NCBI RefSeq assembly: GCF_018350175.1
Contig: NC_058384.1
Location: 23,684,001 to 23,748,000 of the forward strand
Direction of reading: 5' to 3'
DNA length: 64,000 bases
Origin: Felis catus
Taxonomy: Eukaryota
Numbering within the stretch: the stretch's first letter is position 1; every line of letters starts with the position of its first letter. The notes below the pieces were generated by a model. The model was not told the DNA's origin. It did no database searches and saw nothing but the letters and a program-made list of their open reading frames with translations. A program made the position numbers and the translations under genes. Below, one piece after another: positions 54,120 to 64,000 of this stretch.

Positions 54120-54937
54120 TATCAAAATACTAAGTGGTATTGAATGATACATGTTGACCATAAAAGATTCAGAGTGCACACGGAAAAAATACAAAGAAGA
54201 AATTAAGAATCACCTGAGACTTCACAATAGACTTGCCATTGTTAATGTTTTGGTGAACAGACTTCCCAAATACATTTTTAAATACACCCGCACAAAATTT
54301 TATGTAGATTTTAAACAAATAAATTCTACAAACAAGATATGCTATGATGCTATGTAAAACCGTTTACTGTTTTCATTTATTAACATGTTGTAGATCTTTT
54401 CTCATCTCCATAAGTACAGAGCCTTGATCTTTAATAGCTGTATCTGATATATGTTTCATCAGTGGGAAAAACCCTGAAGCATACGGGTTTGTATGCTCGT
54501 CCAATTACCTGTTTATGACAAATTCCTAGGAGTAGGACTGCTGGGGCAAAGGNNNNNNNNNNNNNNNNNNNNNNNNNNNNNNNNNNNNNNNNNNNNNNNN
54601 NNNNNNNNNNNNNNNNNNNNNNNNNNNNNNNNNNNNNNNNNNNNNNNNNNNNNNNNNNNNNNNNNNNNNNNNNNNNNNNNNNNNNNNNNNNNNNNNNNNN
54701 NNNNNNNNNNNNNNNNNNNNNNCCTCAAAATTCCCAGTTATAGTGTGAGACAGATGCCTGTTCCTGCCAATCTGAGTGATGAAAAAGGTCTTGTTCTGTT
54801 TACTTTGGTGTCATTTATTTGATTTCTAAGAAGCTGAGTATCTTTCTGCATGTTTATTAGCCTTTTGCATATATTTTTTAATTGCCTGGTGACAAATGCT
54901 GTCCATTTAAAAAAAAATTTTTAATGTTTATTTATAT

Positions 54938-54971
<34 letters not shown>

Positions 54972-55480
54972 GGAGGAGGGCAGAGAGAGAGGGAGACACA
55001 GAATCTGAAGCAGGCTCCAGGCTCTGAGCTGTCAGCACAGAGCCCCACGCGGGGCTCGAACTCGTGAGCCGCGAGATCATGACCTGAGCCGAAGTCAGAT
55101 GCTCAACTGACTGAGCCACCCAGGCACCCCAATGTTGTCCATTTTTCAATTGAACTGTTCATTCTTTCCTTATAGATTTAAGAGTCTTTTTATATTAATC
55201 ATATTAACCTTATCTATGTTATGAACATCAATGTCACTCCATCTGACATTTGTCTCTTAACTTAGTTAAGGGTGGTTTGTTTGTTGCTGTGCAGAGAATT
55301 GTATGCAGCTAAATTTATCAACTTTTTTTATGGCATTGGATTTTGTGGCATTACAAACCTAAGACTATAAAAACACTCACTGGTATTTTTTTCCCATCCA
55401 TATTTTTTATAGTACTTTTACGGTTTCGTATTTACAGTTCAGTCTTTAGATTCATCTAAAAAGCTCTAATATGGAGAAAG
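54120..55480 (-). mobile_element. Old L1 (L1ME-type) fragment, SINE-interrupted and partly masked
   Basis: aattcctaggagtagga...ctggg, catgtttattagcc, tccattttcaattg motifs. Confidence 0.65.
54909..55130 (-). mobile_element. Can-SINE
   Basis: TSD aatg(c/t)tgtccattt at 54895-54908 and 55131-55144. Confidence 0.92.
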
Positions 55481-55803
55481 GAGTTAAGGAATTCAATTTT
55501 TAATATTAGACTTATAAATAACAAAGTATTTTTGAAGAATAGAATGTGAATTAAAATAGTATCTAATTTGTACATCTTTATATTTCAGTTAGTTATGGAT
55601 GCACTTATTCAATTACAATCACTGAGGGCATCAACTGTGTCTGTTGGCTCTTGGCCTCTCTACAGTGCTTCACAAAGAAATGTTCTTTTTCTATAAACAT
55701 CCTCACTGTGCATGATAAACCCAAGAGTAGGAAAATGCTGTACTCTACTGCACACACGTGTGCATTCACACACACACACACACAGGTTTATGTTTGTTAA
55801 CTT

Positions 55804-55843
55804 TTTTTATTTTTCTTTTTTTTAATGTTTATTTTTGTTTTTT

Positions 55844-55889
<46 letters not shown>

Positions 55890-56053
55890 CAAGCAGGGCA
55901 GGGGAAAAGAGAGAGGGAGACACAGACTAAAAAAGCAGGCTCCAGGCTCTGAGCTGTCAGCGCAGAGCCTGATGTGGGCTCAAACCCACAACTGTGAGAT
56001 CATGACTAGAGCTGAAGTCAGATGCTCAACTGATTGAGCCACCCCGGAGCCCC
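55804..56053 (-). mobile_element. Can-SINE (first of tandem pair)
   Basis: (GA)n tract; flanked by taactt. Confidence 0.9.
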
Positions 56054-56060
56054 TAACTTC

Positions 56061-56305
56061 TTTTTTTCTTTAAACAAAGTTATTTTTTTTAAGTTTATTT
56101 ATTTTGAGAGAGAGAGAATGCAAGAGTGGAGGAGGTAGGGGGAGAGAGAGAGAGAGAGAAAGAGAGAGGGAGAGAAAGTGTTCCAAGTAGGCTCTGCACC
56201 ATCAGCAGAGAGCCAGAGACGGGGCTCAAACCCACAAACCTTGAGATCATGACCTGAGCCGAAATCAAGAGTTGGAGGCTTAAGTGGCTGAGCCACCCAG
56301 GCTCC
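56061..56305 (-). mobile_element. Can-SINE (second of tandem pair)
   Basis: Followed by gtgttaactt, matching tgttaactt at 55795-55803. Confidence 0.9.
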
Positions 56306-56529
56306 TTTACGTGTTAACTTCTAGGAAGGGACTATTTTTTTAAACCACGCTTTCATAGAAATAGGGCATAATATTATATTCACCACTCAAATCATATACT
56401 TTAATCTTCTGATTTAAAGACATACACCTGGTCACACACATGCACATCTTATACAGAACAGAAGCTGATCTAGGACAAAACAGAAAAAGCACAAATTACA
56501 GGAATACAAATATTTTTAAATACAAAATA

Positions 56530-56728
56530 GGGGCACCTGGGTGGCTCAGTTGGTTAAATATCCAACTGTGGCTCAGGTCATGATCTCCTAGTTAGTGAGT
56601 GCTGACAGCTCAGAGCCTGGAGCCTGCTTCAGATTCTGTGTCTCCCTCTCTCTCTGCCCCATCCCCAACTCCTGCTCTCTCTCTCTCCCTCTCAAAATAA
56701 ATAAACATTAAAAATTTTTTTAATTAAG
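56530..56728 (+). mobile_element. Can-SINE with internal deletion
   Basis: Lacks the ttcgagccc...ctctgt segment; TSD aaaatag. Confidence 0.88.
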
Positions 56729-57862
56729 AAAATAGAAAATAAAAAGATATTATGTGGGTAACTGATAAACTTTTAAAAATTGGAGAATTACACATCTGTA
56801 ATCAATGGGTTATGCTTCCCCAACCCCCCAGCATAATTATGGGAAACTAAGGCTGCTAATACGGTGATGATATTAATGAATGGCACTCACCCAGTGCGTA
56901 TTATGTGGCAAGTTCTATTCTTAGGGCTTTACATACACTGATACATTAAGTCTCATAAAAGTCCTCTGAAGACAGCTTAAGTACTAGTTCTCCCCATATT
57001 ATACAGATGGGGAAACTGAGGCAAGGAGAGTGATTTGCCAAGTTACACGTTAGTGAGTGGCTGAGCCAGGATTTGAAACCACTTTGCCAGATCTCAGGCC
57101 CATGCATTCAGCACCACAGTGAATTTCAGGGCTACTGATAATAGCCCTAAATACAACAATAGAGTCTTCAGACCTCAAGCAGCCAGTTACCAATGACTCC
57201 TGAGCAGAGGCTGGTTTAGAGTTAATAGCAAAGACACATCTTACTCCCAAGAGGGGGCTCTCCCTTAGAGTCAAGAGTCTACATCCTCAGTTCTAGCCAC
57301 AGTCCTGCTTCCTTAGTTAAGTGAACTGGCACGGCTTTTGGCTTCATTTTCCTTTTGTATCAAGTGGAGATAACAATAGAAACTGTAAAACATGAGTATC
57401 ATAGTTGTGCTTTTCATATAATAACTCAGGGGCAAAAGAAACAGCCACACTTCAGGCTCCGGGTGCAGATGGAAGGTGCTGTGCTGGTCTCTGGAGAGGA
57501 GAGCCAGGTCCTAAATGAGGTCTAAGCATCAGGGAGGTGCTGTCAGGAGGGCGGTTCCAGGCAGGTGCTTATGGCAAAACACATCCTTTCTGCCACATTA
57601 GCCAGGATTCTGGGAAGAAGCCATTGTTTTGAATTTCTGAATTCTGTGATGTCACTCAGGAGAAAATAACTAAGAGGAGACGTGCTATGGGTAAAAGAAA
57701 CCCTCCCACCTTCTCTCTTGCTGCTGAGTCACTTTATGAGAACTTCCCCCAGCAAAGAACAAGCCTTGCCTGGGGCTCCAGTCCTCTGTGCCTTTCACTG
57801 GAAGGTACCAGAAGCATCTCCACTGCCTTCTCCAGGGCCAAGTTCTTTCTTTCTTCTTCTCC

Positions 57863-57975
57863 TTTTTTTTAAGTTTATGTATTTATTTTCAGAGAGACAG
57901 AGCACAAGCAGAGGGAGAGAGAGAGACAGAGACAGAAACAAAGGATCTGAAGTAGGCTCTGCACTGACAGCAGAG
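57863..57975 (-). mobile_element. 5'-truncated Can-SINE
   Basis: Tail and GA tract present, head absent. Confidence 0.8.
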
Positions 57976-59544
57976 AACGTTCTTATTTTCTGCCTGAGGA
58001 AGGGCTCCAGGCAGCTGCACAGAAGACCAGGCACCCAGAGGGCCAAGAGAGCAACTGAAGGAAACCCTCTAGACATAAAACCGGAGGGACGCCACCAAGG
58101 GCTCAGCAAGCATGCCCCTGCCACTAGTGTCTGTGAACTCAGAGGCTCCCTCGTCTTGCAGTAAGGCTGCCCTGAAGCAGTAAGTGGCAAATGGCCCTAC
58201 TTTTCACTTCTCTCTCCCTATATATAACATTAACAGGTTCCTGATATCAATGGCAAGGGAAGGAAAAATACACTTGGATTTTTCTTTTTTTAAATGTAGA
58301 AACAAGAGTATTTCTTGACTTTCTGTTACAGGAAATTCTTCCAAAGAGAAATTCAGACTGACTCTACCTCAGCTAGATTAAATTCTGCACCATGGAACAT
58401 TCTGGCAGTGTTTATTTTGAGGTGGCTGAGGGGCAAGAATGAAGAGGTGGGGCAAATCTATTCGTTGTAATTGATGCTTGAGTGTTAATTAGGCAGCAGA
58501 CAATGTTCTAAGCGCTTTCCAGTGAAGTTTATCTGACCCTCCGTGCAACTCAAAGTGCTGGATTCCATTATTATCCCCCTCCCCCGCAACACAGAGGAGA
58601 AAATGCGGGCACTAACGAGGTTATGTTACTTGCCAAAGGCAACACAAGAAGGGGGGAACTTGGAACAAGCTCCCGCTAGTGCGAGAACTCACAACCACTG
58701 CTACGAGTGCTGACGGTTAAGGCTGTCTCGTGTCAAAGAGGCAAGAACCTGTCAGAATGGCCCAGCAACTGTCTAAAAGAAGGAAATGAAACTAAGCCAC
58801 TTTGAGCACCTCCTCTGAGTCAGGTGCCGGGCTAAGCACTTGTACTTTGGAAGAGTGTGGTGAAAACTCCTGGCCAAGGTGGGCTGGCTTCTATAATTCC
58901 ATGAGCTCCATGTGCACTTGAAGCCATTGCGACCTTTCTGAGGCTCAGCTCAAAACACCGTGGGGTCTTTAAAGACAACATTCAGGGCCAGGTTCCTCAT
59001 TCATCTTGACTTACATTTTCATTCAGAGTATGGCCCGGCTCTAGTACAAACCCATCAAACCGTTCTCCTGCTCTTAAGGTTCTTTATCAACTTAATGAAA
59101 ACCAAAAAAAAAAAAAAAAAGGGAGGGGGGCAGATTTCCTCTCTGACCTTTGGGAAATAACTTCAGAAGTCAACACAAGCTTCCCTAGGCCAGCAAAAGA
59201 AGTTACTTGAGAGGGAGCTAAATTAAAGACTACCCCTAATTAGTGCAGAGAGATGAGCAAGTTAGAGACTTTGCTCTTCCTCACCTCCCAAGCTGCTTCC
59301 CTGTCTCTGCCTTCTTAGCTGTCCTGTGTACCCCAACAGCCTGCTCCCCTAGAGTGCACATCCCACCTATGGAGAGTCGAAGCAGAAAATGAGGCTGCTG
59401 TCTCAGCCTAACTAACTCCTTTTCTCTTGGATTCCAGAATAAGCAAACCCCAAAGCTGAAACTGGGAAGGAAAGGGAGCCCTAAATACCAACCCTACCTT
59501 TCAGTGACTTAAATTAGCACCACCAAACAGAAAGACAATGCAAG

Positions 59545-60029
59545 TTTCGGACATACTTTAAATATTTCTAGTAGCCACATTAAATGAGCAAAATGAAACT
59601 GATAAAATTAATTTGAGTAATATAATTTATTTAACCCAACATATACAAAATATCACTTCAACATGCAATTAATAAAAAATTATTAATGGGCTATTTTATA
59701 CTCTTTTTTTTAAATGTTTCTTTATTTTTGGGGAGAGAGAGAGACAGAGTATGAGCAGGGGAGGGGCAGAGAGAGAGGGAGACACAGAATCCGAAACTAT
59801 CAGCATACAGCCCAACTCGAGACTCAAACTCACAAGCCATGAGATCATGACCTGAGCTGGAGTCGGAGCTTAATCAGCTGAGCCACCAGGCACCGCTCTT
59901 TTTTATACTAAGTCCTTAGAATCCTGTATGTATTTTATGCTCATAGCAGATCTTAATTAGAACTGGGCATATTTTCCATGCTTAACAGACAGAGGTGGCC
60001 TGTGGCTACTGTACTTGGATGGGACACAG
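59545..60029 (-). mobile_element. MER33-like hAT (Charlie-class) element split by a SINE
   Basis: tagtagccacatt, tttatttaacccaa, cttcaacatg and terminal gtggctactgta...cacag match recalled MER33. Confidence 0.75.
59710..59895 (-). mobile_element. Can-SINE
   Basis: TSD ctctttttt at 59701 and 59896. Confidence 0.9.
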
Positions 60030-60245
60030 GTAGCATTATTCTGTTACTGTCTCATAAACACAGATTACTTTTAATTAATCTTCACTTCATGCCATTGGAA
60101 ATTACTGCAGAAAGAGTGAATTACTACTTTGCCTTCAACTGCTTGAATTTCTGAATGAATGTGATATATTCTTTTATTTGATCTTCACCATAACCTGTGA
60201 GGTTGGCCCTTACAGTATTTTAGATAGGTAGCAGATTAGATAACA

Positions 60246-60248
<3 letters not shown>

Positions 60249-60332
<84 letters not shown>
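60249..60332. repeat. Compound (TC)n(AC)n microsatellite
   Basis: Direct reading. Confidence 0.97.
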
Positions 60333-60337
<5 letters not shown>

Positions 60338-62469
60338 ATCCTGTTAGATGTTCCCAATTTACACAGTTGAGGATCAGAACTTAATTGAAGTTACACAGCA
60401 ATACAGAGCCTAGAAGAAACCAAGTAGCCAAAATCTTGCCTTACTGCTTCCCTTTTACACTCAGTCTTACATTGCTATTCCGGGAGAATTTATTGCAATA
60501 GTCCAAACACCTCCACTTAAGGGAATATTTATAAACTTCAGACTCTCTTGGTCCTTAAGCCAAACTTGGCCACCTAGTCATGCGGGGGAGCTGGGTGCAG
60601 GCAGGGCTCAACCTGATCCCCAAACAATCTCTTTGCCTCCAGCTCCCGGCATTCTGGGAACCCCTGTTCCTCTCAAGACCATACAGTCCCTGCCTTCAGG
60701 GGGCTAACCAGCTCATAAGACAGATGACACATGTACATAAATAATGAGATGAGACATATAAAGAAATAAACCAAATACATAAGTATGTAAAAAGGTATTC
60801 TGAGATGGCAGGAAAGAGATACTTTCTGAAGGTTTTAGAAAAGCTTCATGAAAGTTTGGGTGAAGTTTGAAGAAGAGCAGGATTTAAAAAGATAAAGGCA
60901 GGAGAAAAGGCCCACGCCAAGAAGAGGTCATGGCTCACCAGAGGGCCCGGGAGACAGAAGGCGTGTTTGAGGTCACAGGGCAAATTGTCCAGTCTGGCTG
61001 AAGAACAGGGAACATGAAGGGACAGAGTATGAAACAAGGCTGCCAAGGTGGGTATGAGCCATCTGAGAGGTCTTGTATGTTCACTAAGGATTTGGGATTT
61101 TACTGGCTAAGAACGAGGCACAACAGAAAAGTTCTGGAGCATGAGAATGAACATGGGCAGAGGAGCACTCAGTAAAAGCTGACAGAATCGGACACTGGTA
61201 CAAAAAACGGAGAGTTAAAAATGAACAACAACATAAAAAAAAAAAATCAAAGAAGCAAACAAACAACAAAGGGGGCTAACGGAAATCAGTTTGGAAGGCA
61301 CTGCACTCTTCCGGGTTATGGGCCCTAACAGCCTGAACTGTGGTGGCGACCGGAAAGAGATTTGGGGGGAGAACAAGAGTCATAGGAGCTGGAAACTGGA
61401 TGAGATAAAGGCCTCAAGTTTAAAGCCTTTCAAGATTAAAGCCTTTTCCTGGAAGAATGGTGGTGACCTTCAGGCAAATAGTAAAGTCAATATAAGTAAA
61501 GAGCTTGCCCCCTTGGGGTGGGTTGCAGAAGAGATAATGATCTCTGGTTTGACATGTTAATTTTCCTAATAAGGCCTGAATCTGTTGTGAGCACCTACTT
61601 TAATAGTCCAAGTGAATGCCTGTTGAAAGAAATCCAATAAGCACTTGGCTTTCCTTAGAACTTGCTTAACTAGTTCACGATAACTTGAATCTGTTGGTCA
61701 CTTATTTTATGCAAGCTGGCTTTGGCAATCTGCTCAGCTGTCCTCCGAATGACCTCAGCAGATCTGCTGACCACTATTCACATATGCCCTGACCACTGAG
61801 GGAAGGAAAATTCCAATCTGGAGATGGAGCTTTCTGGTCTGGGTTTTACTTCTGAAAGGGCCACATGTATGTGAGGCACAACTTTAGATGGGAAACTTTT
61901 TATGCTTCGATATTTAAAGTGAAAGAAAGTCTATAGGTAAATGTCAGTGATAAAGTTCCTTGTCAATGACCTCCTGAATTCTATGAAATCTAGGAGTCAA
62001 GATGCCCACTTGTCAATCCTCCACGGTGGAATATTCTACAGATATTCCGTCACGCACATTTGGAGTGATCGATCTCCTAAAGAGCCAAAACATTATGGAG
62101 ACCAAACTGCATCATAAAAATGGAAACTACCATTTGTTAAAACACTCTGTTTATCAATGCTCCCCAGCATGTCCTTAGAAGCTATGAAATTAAATTCACA
62201 CCTTTAGGAAAAGGATCGAAGGTGTGTGTGTGTATACACACTCAGAGACATACTTCAGAGCCATCCCCAAATAGTCCATCCTTCACAGACATTGTCAACT
62301 CTTCAACAACAAGCAGTAATAACATTTTTTAAAAACATTTAAAAATGGCTTCTAAAAAGTGAGTGAGGAGACTTTATTCAGTGAAAAACAGAGCAGTGAT
62401 TTAGAAAGCAGATTTTAACGGTCTAGGTTGGAATATAATCCAGTCATGGGGTTCTCACTGCCTCTCTCA

Positions 62470-62887
62470 GTGGCTGAGGTAACTAGTCTCCAAAGATGGC
62501 TCCCACCAATTCCTCCCGTCCCAGAGGTGCAGGCTGAATACATGGAGATGTCCAGCTCTCTCGACTCTGGGCTGGTTTTGTGACTTGCTTTAATCAACAG
62601 AATGAGGCAAAAGTGACTTCTTGGACTTTTGAGCCTAGGTCTTCATTGGCCTGACAGCTTCTACTTCCTCTCTTAGAAACCAGCCACCATGTGAAAAGTT
62701 TGACTTCCTAGCTGGAAAGAGAGGCTAGAAGCCCTCTTGGTCATCTGAGCCCAGCTGAGCTCCCAGCTAAATGCAGCTACCTGGGTGAGCCCAGGCACCC
62801 TACAGAATTGTGAAAAGTAATAAATCGGTGCTTATTTCAGGCTGCTAAGCGTGGCGTTCTTTCTTAGGAGGCAATGAGTTACAAACA
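62470..62887 (+). mobile_element. MLT1-family solo LTR
   Basis: ccaaagatggctccc, gtgacttgctttaatcaacagaatgaggcaaaagtgac, AATAAA, ...aaca end. Confidence 0.82.
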
Positions 62888-63394
62888 GTGGGTGACAAAG
62901 ATATCAAATGGTTAAAAGTGAGCCACATCTGCTTTTCACCCGTGACTATCTGTGATCATATTGGGATTTTGTACACTCACTCTGCCTGCAAACTAAAATT
63001 TACATGGAGAAACACAGATAGGACCTCCTCTTGTCATAGACAAACTCAAGCTTTCAGTCGCATCTGGGATACAGGCACTGAGGTTCACACTGCACTCTGA
63101 CAATTCTAGAGCCCCGTGGGACTAGCCAAATCTATCTCCCTTGACTGGTTCAAGAAGCTCTCTCCCTCCTTGTTCTGCTTTATCTAACACCATGCCACAA
63201 ACCCACAAATGTTTATGCTGGAGAGTAACGAGATGATGAATGCCTGAGTGGATGAAACTTCAGTATGAGTACCAGGAGGATGACAAAAAAACTAGCAGAG
63301 GTCTTGAACGCACTTTATGACATGGACTGCGTGGAGCCACAAACATAACAATGACTGTGCCGGCTTGGGGTGGACTGAATTGTTAGCTCTAATT

Positions 63395-63590
63395 TTTTTA
63401 AATAACCTTTTATTTATTTATATTTATTTATTTATTCTTCGAGAGAGAGAGCACACGTGCAAGTGGGTGAGGGGTAAACAGAGAGGGAGAGCATCTTGAG
63501 CAGAGCGTGGAGCTCGATGTGGGGCAAGATCATGACCTGAGGAGAAATCCAGGGTTGGACGCTTAACCAAGAGAGCCACCCAGGCACCCC
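63395..63590 (-). mobile_element. Can-SINE
   Basis: TSD tgttagc(t/c)c(t/c)aatt. Confidence 0.88.
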
Positions 63591-63642
63591 ATGTTAGCCC
63601 CAATTCTTGACCTCTGTGTCCACATCCTTGTCACTAATGCAC

Positions 63643-63974
63643 TGTGGTCAGATATATTTCTCTGCCTCTTGTCTTTGAGCCTGTTCCTGTGACTTTCTTT
63701 GGCTACTCAAATGTGGGTGCAAGTGACGGTGTGCCAGATATAAGCCCAAGGTTAAGAGGCATCTTGTGTACTGCTTGCACTTACACCCTCTGCGAAAGAG
63801 AGCATATCCGCCCTTCCTCCCGCAGCCCGCTGGTCCCAGGAGGAAGATGAGAAAGACGTACAGCAGAGCCACTCCAGCTGACTCACCAGCTCGTGATCAA
63901 GAAAGACATGCTCATTGTTGAATACCACTGAGATCTTGAGGTTGTCCAATACCCAGCGATAGGTGACTAATACA
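63643..63974 (+). mobile_element. MLT1-family LTR (old subfamily)
   Basis: tgtgg start, ggtcccaggaggaagatgagaaagac, ends gactaataca. Confidence 0.7.
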
Positions 63975-64000
63975 AGGTTCCTTTATTAGATGCCAACATT

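Larger units (their letters stand above)
28266..64000 (-). other. C1orf21: C1orf21 intron upstream of the exon (ATG exon not seen in window)
   Basis: Searched by eye for the reverse complement of the MGCASAKH...GDVFG exon; not found in unmasked sequence. Confidence 0.7.

Noticed and set aside
57682-58190. 160-aa and 131-aa ORFs
   Set aside because: Span a SINE fragment and low-complexity sequence.
1-64000. tRNA, snRNA, rRNA, CRISPR or other prokaryotic systems
   Set aside because: None seen; tRNA-like A/B boxes belong to SINE heads and the sequence is mammalian.

Overview
Felid (cat-family) genomic DNA, almost entirely intronic. It holds one confident protein-coding exon: a 95-bp internal exon on the minus strand (28171-28265, DEYRIKPVEEVKYMKNGAEEEQKIAARNQENL) that I recognise from memory as C1orf21. 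I found no flanking C1orf21 exon, so the window is that exon plus parts of two very long introns. The rest is repeat landscape: 32 carnivore tRNA-derived SINEs (many with TSDs), a near-full-length Tigger1 fossil, old L1/L2/MIR/MLT1/MER33 fragments, a Tigger-class MITE and microsatellites. Eight N blocks look like base-for-base masking of real sequence. Other ORF-track entries are repeat-derived, N-derived or chance. I see no evidence of a new multi-gene system. The most notable items are a ~0.5-kb unidentified acceptor/AATAAA/A-tail cassette inserted in the Tigger1, a U45 tract and branch-point motif upstream of the exon, a collapsed head-to-head SINE pair, nested SINEs and a 3:1 SINE strand bias. 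Repeat family names come from recalled consensus sequences and boundaries are approximate.
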